A DNA stretch of 64,000 bases from Octopus sinensis (Eukaryota). Where the stretch lies: the NCBI RefSeq assembly GCF_006345805.1, contig NC_043000.1, forward strand, positions 119,536,001-119,600,000, written 5' to 3'. A model generated the notes under the pieces. The model searched no databases, had not been told where the DNA came from, and saw only the letters and a program-made list of their open reading frames with translations. The translations under genes and the position numbers were made by a program. Shown here piece after piece: positions 58,301 to 64,000 of the stretch. Numbering within the stretch: position 1 is the first letter of the stretch; each line of letters starts with the position of its first letter.

Positions 58301-61300
58301 TGGAGTGGTTGGCGTTAGAAAGGACATCCAGCGGTAGAAACCTTGCCAGATCAGATTGAAGCCTGGTGCAGCCTTCTGCCTTGCCAGTCCACAGTCAAAC
58401 CATCCCACCCATGCCAACATGGAAAGCAGACGTTAAAGATGATGTGGACTGGTTATGTTTTTCATGGAAGAATGGAAATAAGGAAACTGCATGTATGAAG
58501 ATGACATTCTTTTAGAATATTCTTGTGATGTCAAGACAAAAAAAAAAAAGTACTGAGGGTCGATTCTTTCATCTGAACTTCTAGGTGGTGCCCCAGTACA
58601 GTCACAGTCTAATGACTGAAACAAGTAAAAGCTAAAAGAAGCATCAATGACAATTGAAATCATGCTTCTCTTAGTATCCAACTGAAAGAAGCAGTAAAGA
58701 CAACCTAGAGTGAAGAACCGGAGAAAAATTGGTGCTGGCCTATGCTCCTTAGATAGCGAGGGGCCTAAATATGTAATCATTAAGCTTGACTTTAGTACAA
58801 AAGGGTAAGTCCAATATTGGTGGAATTTCAACTGAGAATGTAAAGTGCAGTAGTTGAATACAGTGTATTTTGTCTAACGCTCTGACCCTATCATACCACC
58901 TCCCTAAGAAGGATCTAAAAGAAATAACAATCACTCATTTAATTTGAAATAAGAAAAATTAAGGAGATAGCATACTGCTGTAATAATATTCTTATTTGCT
59001 ACAATTACATCTGTGGCACCATTTTGATGTATTTCAGAGGTTTCAGAACGGAAAGCCAATTTCTTGTAAAGTTTGCTTGCAAGGTCTTCTGAAATTTGAA
59101 AAGAATATAAAATTAGATAAGTTTAACCTGTTTTGTCATCTATACCAGAATAAAGTTTGAGGTACTACATGAAAAACAATTAAAATCTATACTGTCTAGA
59201 AAATACTTAAAAATTCCAATTTAATATACTTTTATTCAAAATGGTTTTCAAATTATTTTACCATTGAAGATTTCAAGCACATGGTTCAATCAGAAAAACT
59301 AATTTTAGTTCAGCGAGATAGTCATCTTGCACTGCGAGAGAGTGTATTTAACATCTCTGTATATATTTCTTCTAGAATTATAAAGGCTGCCCAAATATTT
59401 CCAACACTAATGTATAGACATTGATAAAAACATTTCTCCAAATTATAAATTTAATCCAGTGTCAGCCAAATTATTTTGAATCCAGCATCCTTTCATATAT
59501 GTTGGGTGTTTTTGAAGAAAGTGGTTTTAATTTTCCTACATCCATTGTACCAAACATAAACTTGTATTTCTAATGAAATACACTGTATCTGGGTTTCAGT
59601 TAATTTCGAAAATGGTGTTTGAAGAAATAAGTTTCTTCATATTATTAATAAAAGGTTTTAATTTAGATGTAATTGGCTGTGTGGTTAAGTAGCTTGCTTA
59701 CAAACCACATAGTTCCGGGTTCCGTTCCACTGCGTGGCACCTTGGGCAAGTGTCTACTACTATAGCCTTGGGCAGACCAAAGCCTTGTGAGTGGATTTGG
59801 GAGACGGAAACTGAAAGAAGCCCATCGTGTATAGATATATGTGTGTGTGTGTGTGTGTATGTTTGTCCCCCCCAACATCGCTTGACAACCGATGCTGGTG
59901 TGTTTACGTCCCCGTAACTTAGCGGTTGGGCAAAAGAGACCAATAGAATAAGTACTAGGCTTACAAAGTCCTGGGGTCGATTTGTTCGACTAAAGGCAGT
60001 GCTCCAGCATGGCCACACTCAAATGACTGAAACAAGTTTAAAAAATATGTAAAAGCAAGACTTATTTTATGAAATTTTGGGTGGTCTCAGGTGGGTCATA
60101 TCAAAAATTTTAAAAAACAGTTTGTAAATTAAGAAATTCAATTTAAACACAAATTCGGATTTTTAAAAATTCCCTGTTAAAACAAACAAATCAAAAGGAA
60201 AAAATACAAAACAAAACAATTACCTCCAGAAGCAAAGAAATCTTTGTTGAGGTCTTTAAAGATCAACAGTTCACCGGTAGATAATAAAATAAGCAGGTTC
60301 CATTGACAGTCTGGAACAGAGGAAATGAAACAATACACTGTAATTAAACAAGATTGACGATGAAGAGAATAATTGCTTTAGTCGTACATGCAGTGAAAAC
60401 AAACAACCGTCAGCTCATTGTCCATGTGCTAATGAATGGACCCTCTATATGGGTGACTGACCAACCAGAAATAGCAATCAATTCTGCCTCAAATGATATT
60501 CTACTGTCTTCAAAATGGAAGGACATAATAGGTAAGATAATGCACTCTCCTATGAAGATGGTTTGTCATGGATGGAATGTCTGATTACAGATCAGTCTGA
60601 TCAGTGCTGACCAGAAAATAAACAGCAACAATATCCATGCTGTCTTCCACCTCATCACTGCCACAAAGCAGTCGTGAAAATGATGTATATAATTATTTCT
60701 AATTTTGGCACAAGGCCAGCAATTTTAGGGGTCAGGGATTAGCCAATAACTCTGACGCCCGAAAAGATGAAAACCAAAGTTGACCTCAGCAGAATTTGAA
60801 CTCAGAACATAAAGAGCTGGAAGAAATGCAGCTAAGAATTCGTTTTTTCTTTTAAGTCAGAAGCATTAACGATTTTGCCAACTTGTCACCGTAATGATGT
60901 TGATAACGACCATCAATTTAATTGCTTTTCCCTTCATCAAGTCATCAATTATAGGAAGTTACCGAAAGTTTTTTTGAAGTTATCATACCCTTCAGCTGGG
61001 CAGAAGTCATGTGTATTCCTCTGCCACTAGCTTTTAAAATGCAGTACCAGCGTGTTTGTTATGCAGGAGCAAAATAATCCGACTGCCCTGCTACAGGGTC
61101 AATGACGATATTAAAGGTACCCATTGAAGCATTCTCCACCCAACATTTTAACTCACCTGTATTTTCTTTTACTATTATTTTTCTAAAAGCATGATCTCCA
61201 GATATCTTCTTACCAGCTAGAAGGTTCTGGAAGAAAAATAGCAATAACAATTGTTTCAGACAATTTCACAATAGCAAAAATTTCTTTGGGGAGGGTTAGT

Positions 61301-63519
61301 CAAATAAACTGCCACACCCCACCAAACTTAACCAGTACACTATTTTATTAACTGCTGTACTTCTCTTGTTTACTCGCAAAGACGAACACAGTGGTACTTC
61401 TGTCTCTCAAACAGTGTATAACAAGAAAAGAACAGATGCAAAAGGAGAAATGCCCCTCTACCAACAATGCTTCTATAGCAGTAAGCCATTAGAACATCCT
61501 AGAGAGCTCTACAGCTTTCCATTTGATTCTATTCGGCAGATTTGCATGCCAGCAATTTCTATTGGACAGACTTAGAAGCTAGTGATCTTCACAACATCAA
61601 CACTGGAAAGAGAGGTCATATGGACCTCAGCAGGGTTTGAACTCAGTAGGCAGATAATCAGAACAGCACGAAGTATTCTGTGTGACACTCTAACCACTCT
61701 GCCAACATTTAAAATAATAATCATTTCTACAGTATGCACAAGGCCCTGGAATTTCAGGGGAGGTGGCTAATCAATTAAATCAATCAAAGTGTTTGATTGG
61801 TATTTATCTAACTGACCTGAAAGGATGAGGGTAAATTGACCTCAGTGGAATTTGAACTCAGAATGTAAAGACAAATGAAATGCTGGGAAGCAAGCTAATG
61901 ATTCTGCCAGCTCATCACGTCGCTTCACTGGCACCTGTGTCGGTGGCACGTGTAAAAAAGATTCGAGCGAGGTCATTGCCAGTACCACCTGACTGGCCCC
62001 CGTGCAGGTGGCACGTAAAAAGCACCCACTACACTCTCGGAGTGGTTGGCGTTAGGAAGGGCATCCAGCTGTAGAAACTCTGCCAGATCAAGACTGGAGC
62101 CTGGTGCAGCCATCTGGTTGCCAGCCCTCAGTCAAAACCGTCCAACCCATGCTAGCATGGAAAACGGACGTTAAATGATGATGATGATGACATAAAAATA
62201 ATAATATAAGAAAGAGAGACAAGATCAGGTTGAGAAAGTTTTACATTGGGAGCTTCATCAAAAATGGGAGTCTGACGCAGAAAGTACATGGGGGATAGTA
62301 GATTAAATCAACTCCATTTCCTGACTGGAACTGTGTACTGGTATTTCTTGATTGGTAGGCGTGGACGTCTACCATAAGATGGTTGGTTTTGAATATACTA
62401 ACTATTTAACCAGGTAGAAATAACGACAAGACCTCACCTCAAATTACAGCCAACAACTTAAAAAAAAAAAACAGAAATGCATTGAATAATATCATCCTAG
62501 ACACATAAAAATAGATGAGACAGTCATGGTTGGATTGCTTTTGATCTTAGGTCAGTTTGACTAGGTCTGCCTAGGGCATGAGTGCAGATGCAGCAGCATA
62601 GACAAAAAGTTTAGTCAGTAATGGCATGTTTCTGGTTTACTGTAAGGGACTTAGGGCTACTATAGCTTTGAGTCAGCTAAAGATTTCTGAATGGAATTTA
62701 GGTAAAGGAAAACTAAGTGGAGGCCTGATATTTGGGTTGTTTCTGTTCTGGAATGGTAGACTTTATCTGTCATTTACTTCAACCCAACTACTTGAGCCAT
62801 ATGTAGTTTTAGCAACTGTTTCGACCCTGTGCTTGAGGAGATCTATTGAGTCAAGTACATCAAAATCAATGGAAACTGTAGTTGTGATCCCTGGGCCGGT
62901 AGCACGTAAAAAGCACCATCCGAACGTGGCTGATGCCAGCGCTGCTTTGACTGGCTTCTGTGCCAGTGGCACGTAAAAAGCACCAATCCGATCGTGGTCA
63001 TTGCCAGCCTCGCCTGGCACCTGTGCCGGTGGCATGTAAAAAGCACCCACTATACTCACAGAGTGGTTGGCGTTAGGAAGGGCATCCAGCTGTAGAAACA
63101 CTGCCAGATCAGACTGGAGCCTGGTGCAGCCTCCTGGCTTCCCAGATCCCCGGTCGAACCGTCCAACCCATGCTAGCATGGAGAACGGACGTTAAACGAT
63201 GATGATGTTTGATTTCTTGTTTCCCCTGCTCTGTGGAAAAGTTTGTTCTCTCCTACCAGTCTGGGAGGGCCTGTCCTTTCCTACTAATGAGAAGAAAACA
63301 ACAGCTAACTTCTGTAATACTGTGCAAAAATTTTTTCTTTGCATTAGTGTCAATTAGAGGTGTGGCCTTTTAAAATTATAGATACTGGAAACTGAATGCT
63401 TACAAATGTAAAGATGATCTCCGAGCTGTCTGTGTCGACAATGTAGATAATACCTTTTTTGTCCCCAACAATCAGAAAAGAACCATCGGGACAATATCTC
63501 AAAGCATCAACGAAGACGT
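1..63519 (-). CDS. KNTC1: Kinetochore-associated protein 1 / Rough deal (RZZ complex), partial multi-exon gene, 37 exons, about 1240 codons in window
   Basis: Hand-spliced exons are phase-consistent and stop-free. Peptides are collinear with human KNTC1 as I recall it: RFQTLLRKMRFEEAKNFAEQYGLDIQ ~ RLSRLLHKHRFAEAESFAIQFGLDVE; ETTESVVFRMLD ~ ENTTTIVFRMFD; WESKALAVIGYISD ~ WEAKAMAVIACLSD; AEWPSNAL ~ ANWPENGL. Not BLAST-verified. Confidence 0.93.
693..1186. mobile_element. Tc1/mariner-pogo type MITE
   Basis: TIRs CCGTAAATCCTCGAGTATAAT / ATTATACTCGAAGATTTATGG, TA on both sides, interrupting a SINE at aagTActggg. Confidence 0.85.
2437..3080 (+). mobile_element. Helitron of the 10437 family, longer body, 3' hairpin missing
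   Basis: 5' and 3' parts match the reverse complement of about 10480-10805. Confidence 0.7.
3187..3282 (-). CDS. KNTC1: KNTC1 exon
   Basis: atag / gtaact, 96 nt; GSHDIKDIMMKYLNQIKGTSQHKELVIHLLQK. Confidence 0.87.
4876..5108 (-). CDS. KNTC1: KNTC1 exon
   Basis: acag / gtaaat, 233 nt; PPTPPASDTESAEAADNYMKEYY...VEYSVCYTADVTLIKQ. Confidence 0.88.
5277..5430 (-). CDS. KNTC1: KNTC1 exon
   Basis: ttag / gtaagt, 154 nt; ALNKDNAATSDYCKWSLIPEFKENCFIMESSALVPLIANSVQLDPLLKKRF. Confidence 0.88.
5452..5787. mobile_element. tRNA-headed, hammerhead-bearing element, inverted bipartite arrangement
   Basis: Minus-strand head plus tail at about 5452-5600 is back-to-back with a plus-strand body at about 5625-5787; both parts match 56026-56243. 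Confidence 0.7.
5688..5735 (+). ncRNA. Minimal type I hammerhead ribozyme motif (Penelope-like element type)
   Basis: ACAC-CTGATGA-A-GGCTG(gagggtatat)CAGCC-GAAA-TGTT-GTGT. Confidence 0.75.
8533..8630 (-). CDS. KNTC1: KNTC1 exon
   Basis: ccag / gtgagt, 98 nt; SLTKFVHLAKTARLAAAAIQQTYMVEDMSLPH. Confidence 0.87.
9252..9301 (+). pseudogene. 3' half of U6 snRNA (5'-truncated copy)
   Basis: GGCCCCTGCACAAGGATGACCTGCAGATTCGTGAAGCCTTCCAAGTTTTT vs canonical U6 3' half GGCCCCTGCGCAAGGATGACACGCAAATTCGTGAAGCGTTCCATATTTTT (from memory): 43/50 identical, no gaps. Confidence 0.88.
9305..9424 (+). rRNA. Full-length 5S rRNA copy, probably a retro-pseudogene or SINE3-type module
   Basis: GCTTAAGGCCATATCACATTGAAAGC...CCGAAGTTAAGCAACGTCGAGCCTAGTTAGTACTTAGATGGGTGACCGCTTGGGAA...GGTGCTGTAAGCAT, 120 nt. 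Box A, IE and box C are recognisable, with a helix-I mismatch and a box C substitution. Solitary and intronic. Confidence 0.9.
10126..10319 (-). CDS. KNTC1: KNTC1 exon
   Basis: gcag / gtaagt, 194 nt; KLLECEVCPITAETLYDLCMYLLENLAD...YNLPAMIYRLISLALTYCHP (human NLPSMIHDLASQAATICSP). Confidence 0.9.
10437..10809 (-). mobile_element. Non-autonomous Helitron
   Basis: A|TC start, terminal hairpin GACCCGGCATTGCTGGGTC and CTAG|T end. Confidence 0.8.
11022..11474. mobile_element. piggyBac-like MITE, tandem dimer (second unit truncated)
   Basis: TTAA-CCCTTTCG...CGAAAGGG-TTAA units of about 220 bp. Confidence 0.85.
11860..13267. mobile_element. 1.4 kb non-autonomous piggyBac-like DNA transposon
   Basis: TTAA-CCTTTCGTTAC ... 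GTAACGAAAGGG-TTAA; internal duplication of about 180 bp (about 12362-12540 vs 12545-12700). Confidence 0.8.
13411..13533 (+). ncRNA. Hammerhead motif with extended (about 100 nt) stem II
   Basis: CC-CTGATGA at 13414, imperfect helix GGCTCAATTAGTCCAATGT / ACAATGGATTTTGGAGCC, then GAAAC-AGCT-GTT-GG with palindromic stem III. Confidence 0.6.
14627..14976. repeat. Compound microsatellite (TG)n/(TATG)n/(TA)n, about 350 bp, inside a family-A SINE
   Basis: Read directly; it is the source of the YVC/HTY low-complexity ORFs. Confidence 0.97.
15516..15617 (-). CDS. KNTC1: KNTC1 exon
   Basis: atag / gtaagt, 102 nt; LADILKIPQIDFLSQMIMKAFQGKNNKVFLHLC. Confidence 0.87.
16070..16530 (+). mobile_element. 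tRNA-derived SINE family A (representative; other copies near 52-375, 402-1220, 3588-4130, 5826-6197, 14468-15308, 28585-28967, 29890-30260, 38158-38525, 46128-46424, 51068-51427, 52950-53338, 59672-60038)
   Basis: Consensus head GGAGTGGCTGTGTGGTAAG...GGTTCAGTCCC (A/B boxes), central (TA/TG)n, tail AAGGCGGTGCTCCAGCATGGCC...GACTGAAACAAGTAAAAGAG. Confidence 0.88.
17329..17948 (+). mobile_element. Solo LTR (Gypsy-like)
   Basis: TGT start, ends CTATA (decayed CA), 4-bp TSD ACCC, internal TATAAA and AATAAA; homologous to 24297-24930. Confidence 0.75.
18061..18086 (-). CDS. KNTC1: KNTC1 26-nt micro-exon
   Basis: tttatttccag / gtaaat; PEMECRLC(R); bridges phase 0 to phase 2 as required. Confidence 0.78.
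18650..18930 (+). mobile_element. 3' remnant of an R4/Dong-like non-LTR retrotransposon
   Basis: From 18667: PTVAVGALGALTTRFEKYVGETGI...HVHK, frameshift, TNLLKTVRILRLVLGC*; resembles the REL-endonuclease C-terminus (VGALG...QK..LL.T.RILR.VL); follows a (TAA)n tract. Confidence 0.7.
18956..19431. mobile_element. piggyBac-like MITE, complete tandem dimer
   Basis: TTAA at both ends, inserted into the TTAA of a family-B element tail. Confidence 0.87.
20592..20699 (-). CDS. KNTC1: KNTC1 exon
   Basis: tcag / gtaagt, 108 nt; VEFHLYPSFHKFQKPHFREMILWDYINTTLPEFNME. Confidence 0.87.
21812..21876 (-). CDS. KNTC1: KNTC1 exon
   Basis: tcag / gtaaga, 65 nt; DFLETETLAELKKDFGHLQSLQ. Confidence 0.87.
22683..22758 (-). 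CDS. KNTC1: KNTC1 exon
   Basis: gcag / gtatgt, 76 nt; KTNQSKKLAIATGKCLIECLKLLTT. Confidence 0.85.
23473..23929. mobile_element. Second piggyBac-like MITE family with nested family-B element; other copies near 29495, 32433, 40446-40660, 47455-47682, 54693, 54945-55390
   Basis: TTAA-CCCTTTAGCATT ... AATGCTAAAGGG-TTAA. Confidence 0.8.
24115..24234 (-). CDS. KNTC1: KNTC1 exon
   Basis: ttag / gtaagt, 120 nt; LKECFDLLKSLEPELSKSCAQRLLDYCIIDLDEEPIFDEA. Confidence 0.9.
24297..24930 (+). mobile_element. Solo LTR (Gypsy-like)
   Basis: TGT...ACA termini, 4-bp TSD ACAG, TATAAA and AATAAA. Confidence 0.82.
25774..25911 (-). CDS. KNTC1: KNTC1 exon
   Basis: ccag / gtaagg, 138 nt; QFAKYILRRDLPESMDDALHILKPADNCMKRELYVFRLRQYMVKDK. 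Confidence 0.9.
26900..27008 (-). CDS. KNTC1: KNTC1 exon
   Basis: acag / gtaaat, 109 nt; VESIKIHAKLVELKLRLARYDLKGIDVPTPNTEEAL. Confidence 0.88.
27300..27686 (+). mobile_element. Non-autonomous Helitron (truncated copy at about 20895-21075)
   Basis: A|TC start, subterminal hairpin CCCGAGCAAAGCCGGG, CTAG|T end, no TSD. Confidence 0.82.
28999..29194 (+). mobile_element. About 200 bp repeat embedded in (TA)n with a decayed hammerhead (Penelope-like pLTR remnant)
   Basis: (TA)n on both sides; GTTT-CaGACGA-A-GAG(ctcca)CTC-GAAAC-aTA-AAAC at 29064-29098 with two core substitutions. Confidence 0.5.
29264..29367 (-). CDS. KNTC1: KNTC1 exon
   Basis: ttag / gtgagt, 104 nt; LKISAVLEVIKWAPIPWSDGIRTLVDNTTKLRQP. 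Confidence 0.9.
30889..31354. mobile_element. piggyBac-like MITE, tandem dimer
   Basis: Same family and same inter-unit spacer as 11022 and 18956. Confidence 0.85.
31448..31934 (-). mobile_element. Solo LTR of a different family, inserted in a family-B element
   Basis: TGTA...TACA termini, 4-bp TSD AAAC; host sequence tagaaac|ttcgccagatcag is split; minus-strand TATTTAA and AATAAA. Confidence 0.82.
32272..32367 (-). CDS. KNTC1: KNTC1 exon
   Basis: ctag / gttagt, 96 nt; DLLERTHCVNYLGHAHWESKALAVIGYISDVK. Confidence 0.9.
33835..34303 (+). mobile_element. Family-B retroposon with internal tandem repeats and (GAT)n tail (representative; more than 20 copies, e.g. 4455-4864, 7205-7590, 9700-10072, 13635-14090, 26260-26625, 35153-35625, 39075-39394, 43625-44068, 61915-62190, 62815-63207)
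   Basis: Core GAGTGGTTGGCGTTAGGAAGGGCATCCAGCTGTAGAAAC, 3' stem-loop CGTCC..CCATGCTAGCATGG..GGACG and (GAT)n, consistent with an RTE-type non-autonomous element. Confidence 0.88.
34464..34607 (-). CDS. KNTC1: KNTC1 exon
   Basis: tcag / gtatga, 144 nt; ETTESVVFRMLDRLVAIELMDKTLKEVIHPYIKEYQLNEDDIFCKYIR. Confidence 0.93.
37942..38061 (-). CDS. KNTC1: KNTC1 exon
   Basis: gcag / gtaaga, 120 nt; TYTNVRITLTPLINLITVYRQLESLYTKYNFKMTAAGFAQ. Confidence 0.9.
39670..39786 (-). CDS. KNTC1: KNTC1 exon
   Basis: ctag / gtaagg, 117 nt; AEWPSNALCVMETFYKKFTSLLNVSSDQYMSTPSETALK. Confidence 0.9.
39909..40138 (-). mobile_element. SINE family C (Meta-domain-like), clean copy; clusters at about 18330-18630, 29660-29882, 30295-30710, 36015-37100, 48443-49135, 53700-54100, 55038-55250
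   Basis: GGCGACGAGCTGGCAGAA...GAGTTCAAATTCC...CCTTTCATCCTTTTGGGGTCGATAAA..AGTACCAG...AAAGAAATA; duplicated target TGATGGTTATACC. Confidence 0.85.
41011..41067 (-). CDS. KNTC1: KNTC1 exon
   Basis: acag / gtaacg, 57 nt; NVLTSWIILKIKNMEIYEK. Confidence 0.87.
41271..41310 (+). ncRNA. Degenerate minimal hammerhead motif
   Basis: GTG-CTGATGA-CAGCT(tttg)AGCCA-GAAAC-acag-GTC-CAT. Confidence 0.55.
42345..42488 (-). CDS. KNTC1: KNTC1 exon
   Basis: caag (AAG acceptor) / gtaaga, 144 nt; HEIVKLHSIDSLELLLNSVPLHVSITQLQAWLLEDFIPYVIRLMPRSL. Confidence 0.88.
42911..43019 (-). CDS. KNTC1: KNTC1 exon
   Basis: acag / gtaagt, 109 nt; AEVWEEFKKADFFHKIINSFRDKLLHVAFTIWRRHH. Confidence 0.9.
43144..43205 (-). CDS. 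KNTC1: KNTC1 exon
   Basis: ttag / gtaaga, 62 nt; VKQVLFRFYTFCFALGRKYY. Confidence 0.87.
44383..44439 (-). CDS. KNTC1: KNTC1 exon
   Basis: tcag / gtaaga, 57 nt; LTNKAANEKTELDNTLLNK. Confidence 0.82.
45155..45470 (+). mobile_element. tRNA-derived SINE family D (fragments near 10812-11015, 25030-25090, 49960-50050)
   Basis: GGCACGTGGTTTAGTGGTTAGG...GAGTTCAATTCC head, body TTGCTCCAGTTCACTCAGCTGG, tail CGTAACCGACGGAGTGC. Confidence 0.75.
45552..45641 (-). CDS. KNTC1: KNTC1 exon
   Basis: tcag / gtaagt, 90 nt; DDHFVVQHCLSTSLTTFSDTHKLLEYIKLR. Confidence 0.92.
46440..46949 (-). mobile_element. Non-autonomous Helitron
   Basis: Minus strand A|TCTATATAT start; AAACCCGAGCAACGCCGGGCGATACTGCTAG|T end. 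Confidence 0.82.
48237..48356 (-). CDS. KNTC1: KNTC1 exon
   Basis: acag / gtaagt, 120 nt; SLHKAHLRHILYMLSPWREDTVDNKKELTNKLWLLLKLVK. Confidence 0.9.
49229..49304 (-). CDS. KNTC1: KNTC1 exon
   Basis: tcag / gtaaat, 76 nt; FQTLLRKMRFEEAKNFAEQYGLDIQ. Confidence 0.93.
49462..49524 (-). CDS. KNTC1: KNTC1 exon
   Basis: atag / gttcgt, 63 nt; SPESFESLRFRVITESDAETR. Confidence 0.85.
49806..49843 (-). CDS. KNTC1: KNTC1 short exon
   Basis: gcag / gtaagt, 38 nt; ENLNIVEGCTDL; required for phase continuity. Confidence 0.82.
51773..51917 (-). CDS. KNTC1: KNTC1 exon
   Basis: ttag / gtagct, 145 nt; LKNIRLVILKKEKPGETFLEVRQLPDFECIYQLKLGAVVELTQSNPTQ. Confidence 0.88.
52632..52741 (-). CDS. KNTC1: KNTC1 exon
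   Basis: gtag / gtaaac, 110 nt; ETLSLWDATSLILLETFSNLAVKGFNILDTSTLSSS. Confidence 0.88.
55524..55588 (-). CDS. KNTC1: KNTC1 exon
   Basis: gtag / gtgagt, 65 nt; NVGIKSIQTTLNGKYLFVLDKN. Confidence 0.88.
56026..56243 (+). mobile_element. tRNA(Arg-ACG)-like head + (AAT)n + hammerhead body
   Basis: GTAGTGGTTAAGAGCGCGGGCTACGAACCCCAAGATTCCGAGTTTGATTTCAGG, then the body shared with 5625-5787. Confidence 0.72.
56156..56202 (+). ncRNA. Hammerhead ribozyme motif, second copy of the 5688 family
   Basis: ACAC-CTGATGA-A-GGCCG(gagggtatat)CAGCC-GAAA-TGTT-ATGT. Confidence 0.7.
56948..57035 (-). CDS. KNTC1: KNTC1 exon
   Basis: ttag / gttagt, 88 nt; GNGTTVLARWIWKDDKLKITDEVENALLN. Confidence 0.85.
58976..59088 (-). 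CDS. KNTC1: KNTC1 exon
   Basis: tcag / gtatgc, 113 nt; EDLASKLYKKLAFRSETSEIHQNGATDVIVANKNIITA. Confidence 0.82.
60224..60310 (-). CDS. KNTC1: KNTC1 exon
   Basis: ccag / gtaatt, 87 nt; DCQWNLLILLSTGELLIFKDLNKDFFASG. Confidence 0.85.
61157..61226 (-). CDS. KNTC1: KNTC1 exon
   Basis: ccag / gtgagt, 70 nt; NLLAGKKISGDHAFRKIIVKENT. Confidence 0.85.
63404..63519 (-). CDS. KNTC1: KNTC1 exon (first in window, beta-propeller region)
   Basis: ttccag / gtaagc, 116 nt; VFVDALRYCPDGSFLIVGDKKGIIYIVDTDSSEIIFTF. Confidence 0.9.
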
Positions 63520-64000
63520 CTGGAAAGAGAAAAAGAGAGAAACAAAATAGTTTGAAATATATAATCAGTATGTTTGTATGATTAAGAAGTTTGCTTCATA
63601 ATTGTGTGATAATTCTTAAGTTTGTTTAATAGACTATCAATAGAAGAAGCCTGGTATGGATTTTATCTTGTTTACCAGGAATCAAAAGCAGAACAAATTT
63701 TAGCATTGCCAGTGCTGGTGGCACGTAAAAAGCACCATTCAAGTGTAACTGATGCCAGTACTGCCTGACTGGCTCTCAAGCCGGTGGCGTGTAAAAAGCA
63801 CCCACTACACTCGCAGAATGGTTGGCTTTAGGAAGGGCATCCAGCTGCAGAACCATTGCCAGATCGGATTGGAGCCTGGTGCAGCCATCTGGTTTGCCAG
63901 CCCTCAGTCAAACCGTCCAACCCATGCCAGCACGGAAAGCAGACATTAATTGATGATGATGATGATGTCATCAGCAAACTTGTGGGCAACATATGGCCCA

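Overview
Eukaryotic, repeat-dense genomic DNA. The SINE repertoire and 5S sequence suggest an octopus or other coleoid cephalopod (inference from recall). The whole window lies inside one minus-strand gene, KNTC1/ROD (RZZ kinetochore subunit). I reconstructed 37 coding exons by hand (36 complete, 1 partial). All have GT-AG junctions with continuous phase and join into about 1240 stop-free codons; the start and stop lie outside the window. The introns hold at least 4 SINE-like families, piggyBac- and Tc1/pogo-type MITEs, non-autonomous Helitrons, three solo LTRs, an R4/Dong remnant and microsatellites. The most unusual items are: (1) a three-part insertion of U6 snRNA fragment + full 5S rRNA + SINE tail at 9252-9488; (2) a tRNA-headed element carrying a Penelope-type hammerhead ribozyme; (3) five hammerhead motifs that are all antisense to the host pre-mRNA. 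Nearly all ORFs in the supplied track are spurious translations of repeats.
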